A stretch of DNA of 64,000 bases from an uncultured Phycisphaerales bacterium (lineage in GTDB: Bacteria > Planctomycetota > Phycisphaerae > Tepidisphaerales > Tepidisphaeraceae): the NCBI GenBank assembly GCA_963755915.1, contig CAVWLP010000002.1, positions 2,656,001-2,720,000 on the forward strand, in the 5' to 3' direction. A model generated the notes under the pieces. The model saw nothing but the letters and a program-made list of their open reading frames with translations. It was not told the origin of the DNA and did not search any database. Numbering within the stretch: the first letter of the stretch is position 1; each line of letters opens with the position of its first letter. Of this stretch, positions 1 through 9,369 are shown in pieces. A program made the position numbers and the translations under genes.

Positions 1-180
1 GTTCATAGTGTCGTTGGGAAGATGAGCTTTGAGCCACAGAAACTGGCGGACAATATTCACGCGATGATGAATCAGATTCATCGGCTCAAGCCGCAGACGT
101 CGAAGGGGGCGTATGTGAAGAAGATTGTTCTGAAAGGGTCGATGACGCCGGCGGTTTATCTGCAGGACGTGGCGCACTAG
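1..180 (+). CDS. rplA: 50S ribosomal protein L1, C-terminal part (partial)
   Basis: Frame 1 reads VHSVVGKMSFEPQKLADN...KPQTSKGAYVKKIVLKGSMTPAV*, a typical L1 C-terminus, directly upstream of L10. Confidence 0.93.
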   Translation, partial: VHSVVGKMSFEPQKLADNIHAMMNQIHRLKPQTSKGAYVKKIVLKGSMTPAVYLQDVAH

Positions 181-205
181 ACGCAGCGCTTTAGAGGATT
201 TTGTC

Positions 206-754
206 ATGAGCAAAAAAGTAAAGAGCCTGATTGAGAAGGAACTGAACACGAAATTCAGCCCGCTGGACGGCGTGGCGGTCATCAGCCCGAAGGGAATCGA
301 CGGGACGAAGACGAACCTGCTTCGGCGGAAGCTGCTGGAAAAGGGCGTGAAGATGACGGTCGTGAAGAACACGCTGGCGCGGCGCGCGGCGGCATCGACG
401 AAGCTGAAAGGCTTCGAGGTGCTGCTGGATGGGCCCAGCGCCGTGATCTACGGCAAGGCAAGCGTGGCGACGATCGCGCGGATGCTGATCGAGGAGAAGA
501 AAGCGGACGAGCGGATCGAGCTTCGCGGGGTCTTCTTCGACGGCGAAGTGTATGCCGGGCAGAAGGGCGTGGAGCAGGTGAGCAAACTGCCGACCCGCGA
601 GGAGGCGATTGCACTGATCGTTGGGGCGATCCTTGGGCCGGGGCGGAAACTGGTCGGGGCGGTCAAGGGCCCGAGCGGGAAGATTGCTGGAATACTCAAG
701 AGCATCGAGGAGAAAGCGGAGAAGTCGGCGGCGCCGGCAGCGGCAGGAGCGTAA
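206..754 (+). CDS. rplJ: 50S ribosomal protein L10
   Basis: VVKNTLARRA and SKLPTREE motifs; lies between rplA and rplL; AGAGGA RBS. Confidence 0.95.
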   Translation: MSKKVKSLIEKELNTKFSPLDGVAVISPKGIDGTKTNLLRRKLLEKGVKMTVVKNTLARRAAASTKLKGFEVLLDGPSAVIYGKASVATIARMLIEEKKADERIELRGVFFDGEVYAGQKGVEQVSKLPTREEAIALIVGAILGPGRKLVGAVKGPSGKIAGILKSIEEKAEKSAAPAAAGA

Positions 755-755
755 G

Positions 756-808
756 AAGCGCTCCTCTGCGGGACTTCGGCGAGCTCAGTCGAGCCGTCGC
801 GGCTAAAC
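756..808. repeat. REP-like element carrying a nested 24-bp palindromic insert (772-795)
   Basis: AAGCGCTCCTCTGCGG[GACTTCGGCGAGCTCAGTCGAGCC]GTCGCGGCTAAAC; an empty version AAGCGCTTCCCTTCGGGTCGCGGCTAAAC is at 19347-19375. Confidence 0.75.
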
Positions 809-942
809 AATATTGTTTGTGATCGCGTCTGACGGTGATTGATGTCCTTTATGGGTTAAATCTCCTCATTGTGAGGAGGGCATTGATGCGAGACGCAAAT
901 CGACACGTTTTTTGGCCACGTTACGGCCGGGAGTGAATTGTC

Positions 943-1341
943 ATGGCAGAAGTATCTGAAAAAGTGAAGACGCTTGCGGACCAGGTGGTTGGGCTGACGC
1001 TGAAGGAAGCGGTGGAGTTCAGCGCGTATGTCAAGGAAGCGTACGGCATCGAGCCGGCGGCGGGCGGGGTGGCAATGATGGCCGCGCCCGGCGGCGGCGG
1101 CGCGGCGGCTGCGGCGCCGGCGGAGGAGAAGACGACGTTTGACGTCATCCTCAAGGCCGCGGGCGACAAGAAGATCAATGTCATCAAGGTCGTCCGCACG
1201 GCGACGAATCTTGGGCTGAAGGAAGCCAAGGATCTGGTCGAGGGCGCGCCGAAGACGGTGAAGGAAGCGCTGCCCAAGGCGGATGCTGACAAGCTTAAGA
1301 AGGAGCTTGAGGAGCAGGGTGCGCAGGTCGAGCTGAAGTAA
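943..1341 (+). CDS. rplL: 50S ribosomal protein L7/L12
   Basis: Ala/Gly hinge, [30 protein letters not shown]. Confidence 0.98.
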   Translation: MAEVSEKVKTLADQVVGLTLKEAVEFSAYVKEAYGIEPAAGGVAMMAAPGGGGAAAAAPAEEKTTFDVILKAAGDKKINVIKVVRTATNLGLKEAKDLVEGAPKTVKEALPKADADKLKKELEEQGAQVELK

Positions 1342-1377
1342 TTTCGGATTTGAGATTTCAGATTTGAGATTTGCGCG

Positions 1378-1404
1378 AAGCCCCGGATTAATTTCCGGGG
1401 CTTT
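1378..1404. terminator. Probable bidirectional intrinsic terminator
   Basis: AAGCCCCGGA-TTAATT-TCCGGGGCTT hairpin between convergent rplL and ECF genes; the ECF stop codon lies in the loop. Confidence 0.7.
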
Positions 1405-2991
1405 GCTCGTTGTGGGGGCTGTCGCTGGTGGAGATCTTTGGATCGGTTTTCTGGCCGCGGTGGAGGGAGATGTTGCGGAATTCGATCCACTGGTTGAAGG
1501 GCCGCGATTCGAGCCGCCACTGGCGGATCAAGTGCGGCGCGAGAACGATGGAATATTGGCTCATCGTGCCCGCGCCGTTGGAGACCATGTTGCCGAATTC
1601 GGCGACGGTCTCGCGGCCGGAATAATCGATGGCGACCAGGCGAACATCCTCCCTGGTGATTTTCCCCATCATTCCGACAACGATATTGGTTTTCCCCCGA
1701 TCCTGGTAAACGGCGCTGAAGAGGAATTGACCGCCAGGCCCGCCCTCGGCGGTCTGCCCCGTGCCCTCGGCGGTGGCCAGGGTTTGCCACGGGCCGGCGG
1801 CGATGCGGGCGCGAATCGCGCCGCTGCCGTTTGTGTTGGGCAATTCCGTTGCGACGGTTTCGGAGCCGGGGAGATTGCTGCTGCCCGAATAGCTGACGCT
1901 GCCATGGTCGAGAAACCACTGGACGGTGGCGGGTTCGGAGGAGCCGTGGGTGACGGGGTTGACCTTGACGACGATTTCGCGGGCGATGTCGCCGGGGTTT
2001 ACGGAGAGTGCCTGGACGTTTGTGTGGAGATCAGAGTTAAGTGGATCGCCGTCGATTTGCCACCACAGGCTGCCGGAAGACGGATTTTCGTTGATGCCGA
2101 CAATCTCGACGGAGACGCCATTGGAAAGTTGACCAATGGCAGGGGATGAGGATTGGTCAACAGCCGCGGGGGGTGGGGGAGGAGGCGGCGGGAGAGTGGA
2201 ATCGGTTTGATCGGCGAGAAGCTTGAACCCGCCGATGCCGACGCCCGTTGCGGCGGTCAGCGCGACCATGAGAAGGAAGGCCGCTGCGACTTTTTGCCAG
2301 GTAAGCATGTGGAGAACTCCTTTTGCGATGGCCGAGGCGGCGGGCGAAGCGGTGCCGCTGACGGCGGAGAGGGTGGCGCTGCGCGCGAGCGCGGCGGGCG
2401 CCGTGGTTCGGGGAATCTGATCGAGAATGACGGCCAGCGAAACGGCCGGCGAAATGGCGCTCTTTCGCAGCAGAATTTTTCGCAGGCGGTGGATGGCGCG
2501 GGAGATTCGCTTCACGGCGGCCTGCTGGGAGATTTGCAGAAGCTCGGCGGTCTCGGTGTTGGATTTGTCCTGGAGATATCGGAGGGTGAGGGCGGAGCGG
2601 TCGGACTCGCTGAGCTGGGCGATGGCGCGGTCGAGATGGGGGGAAACGGTTTCGAGCTGGGCATTCATATCCGGCTCCGTCGAGGTGGGGGCCAGGGAGG
2701 CGGCAAGATGTTCATGGCGTTTTCGGCGGCCTTCGATCTTGGCGGCGTCGAGGCTGGCGAGATGGGTGGTTTTCATGATCCAGCCAGCGAGGGAATCGCG
2801 GTTTTGGAGCTTGTGGGCTTTTCGGGCGAGAATGATGAAGACGGCCTGGCAGACGTCCTCGGCCTGCTGGGGATTGTGAAGTTGACGGCAGGCGGCGGCG
2901 TAGACGGCGTCCATATGCGCCCGACGATCTCGGCGAAGGCCTCCTGCGAGCGGGTTTCGATGAATTTCTGGAGCAATTCGCGGTCGAGCAT
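1388..2991 (-). CDS. ECF sigma-70 factor with transmembrane helix and long C-terminal extension (frameshift near 2915)
   Basis: MLDRELLQKFIETRSQEAFAEIV + MDAVYAAACRQLHNPQQAEDVCQAVFIILARKA (region 2); LSESDRSALTLRYLQDKSNTETAELLQIS (region 4); hydrophobic VAAAFLLMVALTAATGVGIGG segment; Pro linker. Confidence 0.9.
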
Positions 2992-3059
2992 GGCTGTTCT
3001 CAATATACCCGGACGGCCAAGAGGGTAATTGGACAGCTAAAATTCCGACGGGAATGGAT

Positions 3060-3391
3060 TCAGCGGGTGATATAGATTGCGCCGGATTCGACGGTGAGTT
3101 CGACGCCGGCGGCCTTGGCGGCTTCCTGGAGGGCGGCGTCGAGCATGACGATCGGGATCGGGCCTGACGTCCAGCCGGCGCATGAGGCCTTCGCCTTTTT
3201 TGTCGCCGGCGGTGAGGGTGATCTTCAGGCCGCGGCGTTTGCATTTGACTGGCGTGCCGTCTTCGAGCTTGGTGTTCATCGGTTTGACATAGGCGTCGAC
3301 GAAATGGACGCCGATGCCGGATTTGTCTTCGGTTTTGCGGCGGGAGCTTTTCGCGGGCGGCGGGATTGAGGTCGCAGAGTTTGGTTTTCAT
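3060..3391 (-). CDS. Small hypothetical protein (~110 aa, frameshifted), last gene of the methyl-transfer operon
   Basis: ATG overlaps the stop of the homocysteine methyltransferase; stitched MKTKLCDLN...GIGVHFVDAYVKPMNTKLEDGTPVKCKRRGLKITLTAGDKKGEGLMRRLDV...AIYITR*. Confidence 0.6.
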
Positions 3392-4305
3392 ATTTTCACT
3401 TCCAGATATTGATCGATCGCTTTTCGGAACGAGGCGGATGTGGTCGGGGGTTGAGCCGCAGCAGGCGCCGATGATGTTGGCGCCGGCTTCGAGCAGGGGC
3501 ACGACGCCGGCCGACCATCTGCTCGGGCGATTCGTCGTAGAACGACTTTCATGTTGACCAGCTTGGGCTGGCCGGCGTTGGGCTGGACCATGACGGGGAG
3601 ATCGGTGGCTTTTTTGTATCGCTCGACGGCGGTTTCGCGCGCGGTTCATGTCCATGCCGGTGCCGCAGTTGAGGGCGACGATGTCGGCGCCGCGGTCCTG
3701 CATGAATTCGGCGGCGCGCTCGGGGTCGATGCCCATCATGGTGCGGAAGGTGGAGCCGTCGAGGGTCACGTCGTAGGCCATCGAGCCGATGATGCAGGGC
3801 GCGCCGGCTTCTTGGCGGCGTCGATGGCGAGGCGCAGTTCTTCCAAAGACGTTTGCGTTTCGATGATGATGGCGTCGGCACCGGCGTCGACCAGGGCTTT
3901 GGCTTGTTCGTTGAAGGCGGCGCGGACCTGGGCTTCGGTGAAATCGCCGTAAGGCTCCATCAGGCCGCCGAAGGGTCCGATGTCGCCGATGACATAGCCG
4001 GGGCGATTGCCGAACGCCTGGCGGGCGATTTCGACGGCGGCTTGGTTGATCTCGACGACTTTGCCCGCGTTGCCGTGGCGGTTGAGCATGATGCGCGGCT
4101 GCCGCCGAAGGTGTTGGTGAGAATGCAATCGGACCCGGCGTCGGCGTAGCGGCGCTGGATGGCGAGGACTTTTTCGGGATGGGTGAGGTTCCAGGCTTCG
4201 CCGCAGTTTCCCTGGACGAGGCCGGCGAACATGAGCTGCGTGCCCATGGCGCCGTCGCCGAGCAGCGGGCGGTCCGCAATTGCCTCGGAGGAGAGTTGGT
4301 TTCAT
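3388..4305 (-). CDS. Homocysteine S-methyltransferase domain protein (stand-alone MetH N-terminal module; frameshifted)
   Basis: GDGAMGTQL, TNTFG, GDIGPFG, DAIIIET, and Zn-binding ALNCG and GACCG motifs across frames. Confidence 0.9.
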
Positions 4306-4316
4306 GTTTGTGCTGC

Positions 4317-5599
4317 CTATTGCCGCGTGCTCGCGGCGGCGGATTTTTCCTGCTGCACCAGGGCGAAATGAATCGTTTCGAGAACCAGGCCCCATTTGTG
4401 TTTCCGGCTGGCGGGCTCGCAATAGCAGCCGGCGCCGGTGTTCGGGCGCTGCCAGGAGAGCACGTCGTTGAGGGGGTGGCCGAGGAGCGGTTTTTCGTGA
4501 TCGATCGCGACCATCAGGTGCTCGGCGTTGGCCATGTATTGGCACATAAACGTGTGGCCGTCATCGCCCGGGGCGGGCTCGCAATGGAGCTTCCGAATGG
4601 GATATCCCTCTTGCGCGGGCCGAGGAGGAGATGGTAGTGAAAGTAAGATCGCCCGGCCCATGTTGCTGCAGGTGGTGCCTTCGTAGCGGAAGAGAGCTTC
4701 GATGGTGCCATCGGCGTGGTGCGTCGAGCGTCAGGCGCTCGTCGGCCCAGCGGGAAAGGGCTTTGGCGTTCACGACGTACTTGGCGTTGTGATCGAGACC
4801 GACTGGGGCCGGGGGGACCTCGTCGGCGGCATTTCGGATTGTCAAGGCCCAACGTGTTGGAATATTCGGATACCCGCCGTACGGGACGCGGCGATACTGG
4901 CAGGGATTGAAGCGAGCAATTTTCGCAGGGGATCAGGTCGGTGAGACGGCCGGACGCGCTCGGTGTGATTGGTCAGTCCGAAGACGGCGAGCAGCGATTT
5001 CTTGGGCCGCAGCATTCCGGAATCGAGCACTTCGATGGCGCTGGGGGCTTTGTCGCCGTCGCGCTGCGATCAGATTCAGGAGGCGGGGCTGCTCGGAAAT
5101 ATCCCACTCGCGGATAGCCGGGGCTGTAGTGCGGGAGAACCGCCATTCCCGCGGCTTTCGGCCCAGGCGCAGAGCCGTGCGCCCGTCATGGTCATCAGAT
5201 GTTCGACAACGGCCGAGCCGAAGATTTCCAGGAAGAAATATTCGTCGGGCTTTTCATTCGGCCACAGCCTTTGTGCTTCGTACTTCAAGTTCCGGGCCGG
5301 CGCTGACGGCGACGAGAATGGCGCTGTGCGCCTGCGGCATCGAGCAGAGTTTTCTGGAGGCGTTTGCTGGTGAAGGAAACGCCGTCGATGGTGATCGAGC
5401 CGTTGGTGATGCGGAGTGCATTCGCATTGCGCGGGCGTAAACCCAGGGCTGGCCGTTGTTGGCATACCAGTGGCGCGCCCAGTCGGCGAGTTCGCGGGCG
5501 CGGCCTTCGAGGACGACATCGCCGGGGATAGCCCAGCAGCCGCTTATATTCAGCGGGCTGAACATTGATGTCCGGAAATGCGTCGAGCAATTCGATCAT
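4317..5599 (-). CDS. Methionine synthase B12 reactivation-domain-like protein with an extra Cys-containing C-terminal domain (frameshifted)
   Basis: Stitched AILVAVSAGPELE, HYSPGYP, MLRPKKSLLAVFGL, CENCSLQSCQYRR resemble stand-alone Met_synt_B12 proteins; then GTTCSNMG, FMCQY, GCYCEP. Confidence 0.65.
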
Positions 5600-7263
5600 T
5601 GCGTTCATGCCGACACCTGGGTTCGACGTCTCGACGGGTTTGAACTGGCATCCCTCGACGAAGAAATCGAAGAATCGGGGATGGGTTTCCAGCCGGCAGT
5701 GCTCCACATTTTTGACCAGCTGTTCCAGTTCGGCGCGTTTGGATTCGGAGAGCAGGGCGATGGCCGCCCCTTCGATGGCGGCGTTGCCGACCTGGACGAT
5801 TTTCGAGTCGGGCAGATTGGGAATCAGCCCGATGCGGCGGGCGGCTTCGACGTTGAAGTGCCGCCCGAAGCCACCGGCGAGATAGAAGACGTCGATATCG
5901 TCGAAATCGACGCCGTAATTGCTGAAAGACCGTTTGCAGTCCCGCGACGTTGGCGCCCTTGGCCTGAGCCAGTTCGTTGACGTCGCTTTCGAGGAAGTAG
6001 ATGTCGTGCGGCGTCGTCGAGGGTGATGCGCGATTCGCCGTCGTTCGAAGCGGCCCAGTTCGTTCATGCGGCCGGTGCGGAGCAGTTCGCTCAGGAGATC
6101 GATCAGGCCGGAGCCGCAGATGCCCTGCGGCGTGCCGCTCCGATGACGCCGAGATGGAAACGCGCCGTCGTCGTCGATGTTGATATCTTCGATCGCGCCG
6201 TCGAGTGCGGGCATGCCGCAGGAGATCGCGCCGCCTTCAAACGCCGGGCCGGCGGGGCAGGATGCGGCGAGGATGCGGTCGCTGGTTGCCGAGGATCAAG
6301 CTCGGTATTGGTGCCGATGTCCATGATGGCGACCAGGCGATCTTCGTTCGCGAGATCGACCGCCAGCATGCAGGCCGCGGCGTCGGCGCCGACGTGGCCG
6401 CTGATGATCGGGTGCGCCGTAAACGCGCGCTTTGGGATGGATCGGAAGCAGGCAGCGGCGGCCGGTGTCGGTCAGGCTGGTGGTGGTGCGTTTGCCCTCG
6501 GCCATTTCGATTTCGGTGATGGAGCGATAGGGATTCTGGCCGATGGAGTAGACGTTCTGGCGGAAGAAGAGATCGCGCATGGTGGAGTTGCCGACGACGA
6601 CCATTTCGTAAATGGTTTTGGGATCGACGGGGAATTCTTCGATGGCGTGGGTGAGATATCCGGCGAGCGTGCGCATCAGCAGCTTGGCCGCGTTGTTGCG
6701 TGTCGTAGAAGATGCGCGACATCACGTCCGAGCCGCCGAAACGCTGCGGATTTTCGAACGAGGCGTCGGCGACGAGATCGCCGGTTTCCAGGTTGATAGA
6801 GCCGAAGGACGACGGTCGTGGTGCCGAGGTCCATGGCGATGCCGTGAATCGGGCCGGTGGAGCGGTCGATTTCCTGACCGTCGATGAGGATGCGATCGCC
6901 GTCGCGGGTGACGGCCGGGATCGAGGACCATTTTGCAGGTCGCCGGCGGCAGGCCGAAGGCGCTGCGCTCGATGCGCATCTGCCCGCGGCGCATGGTGTG
7001 GCAGCGGATCTTCGCCGGCGTCGGAAGTCGACGTGTGTCTGGCAGGAGAGGCGGAAATTGCCCTTGAGATGTCTCTCCTGCGTCGGTGGGCGGCGAGAGA
7101 CAATCCATTCCCTGCGACGATCTCCACCAGGCATTCCTTGCACTTGCCCTGTTTCTGGCAGGAGGTGGGGACCTTGACGCCCAGCCTGCTCGGCGAAATC
7201 GAAGAGGGACGGCCCCGGCGCGGCCGGGGTCGATATTCCGTTGATGGTCAGCAACAAGGCCAT
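5596..7263 (-). CDS. RACo/ASKHA-family ATP-dependent corrinoid reductive activator with N-terminal 2Fe-2S domain (frameshifted)
   Basis: SCQKQGKCKEC..RLSCQ ferredoxin; AMDLGTTT, NPQRFGGSDVMSRI, GNSTM, MDIGTNTEL, AGPAFEGG, GICGSGLID, LAGGFG, VGNAAIEGA. Confidence 0.92.
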
Positions 7264-7277
7264 CGACGCACCCATTC

Positions 7278-7535
7278 TTACCATTCGTGTTTGGCCTCGA
7301 GCTCGGCCTTTACCGCAGCGGCAACATCCCGGGCGGAGCCGGCCGGTCTTCTTCGTCGCTCCATCGCCACTGGGCGAGATAGTCGTCGGCATTTTGCAGG
7401 CCGCGCTGGTGGGCCAACTGGTCGATCCGCTCCATGAAGCGCGGGGCAAGCTCGAGGCTGAACCTCGTCGCCGCCTTCCTCGGCGCTGATCTGGGAAGGA
7501 ATTTCCTGCCAGTAGAGGATTTTGAAGGTGGCCAT
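7278..7535 (-). CDS. 'Virulence factor' (Virulence_fact-like) small protein associated with corrinoid methyltransferase clusters
   Basis: MATFKILYWQEIPSQI...RFMERIDQLA...DDYLAQWR, matching the family's YWxxIP.Q and Y..W pattern; frameshifted. Confidence 0.7.
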   Translation of the reverse strand: MATFKILYWQEIPSQISAEEGGDEVQPRACPALHGADRPVGPPARPAKCRRLSRPVAMERRRRPAGSARDVAAAVKAELEAKHEW

Positions 7536-7541
7536 CGGTGT

Positions 7542-8183
7542 TCAATTCCTTTTCGCCAGCCGCAGGAAGAGATCGACGGCTGAGGAGGCGTTTTGTCCGT
7601 AGCCATCCGCGCCGATTTCATCGGCGAACATCTGGCTGATGGGCGCGCCGCCAACGGCCATTTTGATCTGTCCGCGGCCGGCGGCTTTGAAGCCGTCGAT
7701 GACCGTTTTCATGTAGGTCATGGTGGTGGTGAGCAGCGCGCTCATGCCGATGATCGTCGGATTGCACTTGTCGGCGGCGGCCATGAATTTTTCGACGCTC
7801 TGATCGACGCCGATGTCGTGGACTTCAAAGCCCGCGCCCTCGGCCATCATGCAGACGAGATTTTTGCCGATGTCGTGCAGGTCGCCGCGGACGGTGCCCA
7901 TGAGCAGGACGCCGGTGCGGTCGTCGCCTCTGCCTTGGCGCTGAGCAGCGGCTTGAGGACGGCCATGCCGGCTTTCATGGCGCGGGCGGCGATCAGCACC
8001 TCCGGCACATAGAGAATATTGTGCTTGAAATCTTCGCCGACGACGCTCATGCCGGCGATCAGGCCGTCGGTGAGAACTTCCTGGACCGCGCCGGCCTTCG
8101 GCCAGGGCGTCCTTGGTCATCTGCTCGACTTCCTTGGCTTTGCCTTCGTAGAGGCATTGATTCATCAGGGCGTAGTCGATCAT
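7542..8183 (-). CDS. Corrinoid (B12-binding) protein, MttC/MtbC-like (frameshifted)
   Basis: Cap domain GLIAGMSVVGEDF..LYVPEVLIAARAMKAG; GTVRGDLHDIGKNLV (DxHxxG), SALLTTT, VGGAP, IGADGY. Confidence 0.95.
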   Translation of the reverse strand: MIDYALMNQCLYEGKAKEVEQMTKDALAEGRRGPGSSHRRPDRRHERRRRRFQAQYSLCAGGADRRPRHESRHGRPQAAAQRQGRGDDRTGVLLMGTVRGDLHDIGKNLVCMMAEGAGFEVHDIGVDQSVEKFMAAADKCNPTIIGMSALLTTTMTYMKTVIDGFKAAGRGQIKMAVGGAPISQMFADEIGADGYGQNASSAVDLFLRLAKRN

Positions 8184-9250
8184 CGGGCGCTCCCGGCCAG
8201 TTCGGCCGTTTGGCGTTGAATTCCTCGAGGGCTTCGAGCATGGCAAGGATGTTTTGCCTCGGCATTCCGGGGCTGGTGCCGCCGCCGACGGAGAGGATGA
8301 TTCCCTGCCCGCCGGAGCCTTCGAGAACGTCGAGCGTGGCTTCCTTCACTTCCTCGGGCGTTCCGCGAACGGCAATTTCCAGCGGATTTACGTTGCCCAT
8401 CAGGCACATGCGGTCGCCGACGCGCTGCTTCACTTCGCGGATATCTTTCTGCTTGCCCCAGTTCAGCACGTTGAAGCCGCAATCGGGAAGGTGATCGAGA
8501 CAGGCGTCGACTTCGGCGTCGTTGTGATAGATCTTCACCCAATCCTTCGGGAAGGCGTCGCAGATGCGCTTGAGATAGGGATGGGCGAATTCCATGTAGT
8601 GCTCTTCGTTGATGAAGCCGACGATGTCGTCGAGGATGAAAATGCCTTCGACGGTGTCGCCCATGACTTTGTGCTGAGCCTTGAGCCAGTCGATGACGAC
8701 GCGGGTGCAGAGGTCGATGAGCTTGTGGCAGCCTTCGGGGTTTTCGACGAGCTCGACCATGAGGTTGGTGGTGCTGCGGACGAAGCCAGCGGTGCAGAGC
8801 GGGCCGCGCGAGGTGACCAGGGGCAGGATATAGCCGTGGTCGAGAATGCGCTGGCGGATCCATTTTGATGCGGTGCAGGGTCAGGGCCGCGAAGGCGTCG
8901 GCGTCTACTTCGTATTCGGGGAACTTGTCGATGTCTTCCAGGCGGTAGAGGGTGTGGTATTCGCTGGGGGTGTTGTCCTGCCAGAACTTGATCTTGGCGC
9001 CGAGGACCGAGGGCTCGGCCGCCATGCCGTATTCCATCCACCAGGAGGGGACGAAGATGATGTCGGGAAACTCCCGCATGATCTTCAGGTTCGATTGAAA
9101 CCAGAGCTCCGGATCGAGGTAGTAGTCCATGTGCTTGATGCCGAGATAGCCGGGAATCCACGGGCTATCGATGATCATGGCCATGGGGATTTTATCCAGC
9201 TTCTCAAGACGTGCGGCGCGCTTGAAGGTTTCCCACTGCTGGGGACGCAT
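8180..9250 (-). CDS. Uroporphyrinogen-decarboxylase-family methyltransferase (substrate:corrinoid MT1 candidate; frameshifted)
   Basis: GPLCTAGFVR, ILDDIVGF..EFAHPY, CLMGNVNPL..RGTPEEV, GIILSVGGG; stop overlaps the corrinoid protein start. Confidence 0.85.
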   Translation of the reverse strand: MRPQQWETFKRAARLEKLDKIPMAMIIDSPWIPGYLGIKHMDYYLDPELWFQSNLKIMREFPDIIFVPSWWMEYGMAAEPSVLGAKIKFWQDNTPSEYHTLYRLEDIDKFPEYEVDADAFAALTLHRIKMDPPAHSRPRLYPAPGHLARPALHRWLRPQHHQPHGRARRKPRRLPQAHRPLHPRRHRLAQGSAQSHGRHRRRHFHPRRHRRLHQRRALHGIRPSLSQAHLRRLPEGLGEDLSQRRRSRRLSRSPSRLRLQRAELGQAERYPRSEAARRRPHVPDGQRKSAGNCRSRNARGSEGSHARRSRRLRRAGNHPLRRRRHQPRNAEAKHPCHARSPRGIQRQTAELAGSAR

Positions 9251-9294
9251 AGGGGGGTTCCTGGCCTTTCGGAAAACTCGATTTTCGTGATTAT

Positions 9295-9308
9295 AGTAAG
9301 CGTTTACT
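9295..9308. promoter_or_regulatory. LacI-family-like operator palindrome in the divergent promoter
   Basis: AGTAAGCGTTTACT, central CG, near-perfect dyad; TATAAT at 9320-9325; 12/14 match to 16008-16021. Confidence 0.6.
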
Positions 9309-9369
9309 GAATCGCCTAGTATAATCTCCTTTGCCGCCGGAGTCGAATCGGGCGGAATCTGGACGAATA

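Noticed and set aside
1388-4279. 963-aa ORF as a methyltransferase-sigma factor fusion
   Set aside because: Chance read-through across frameshifted genes; the ECF has its own start at 2991 and the intervening translation is out of frame.
8180-9250. hemE (true uroporphyrinogen decarboxylase)
   Set aside because: Lacks the N-terminal RQAGR motif and is coupled to a corrinoid protein.
9251-9369. Cobalamin or SAM riboswitch ahead of the methyl-transfer operons
   Set aside because: The spacer is only about 120 bp and I see no B12-box or S-box consensus.
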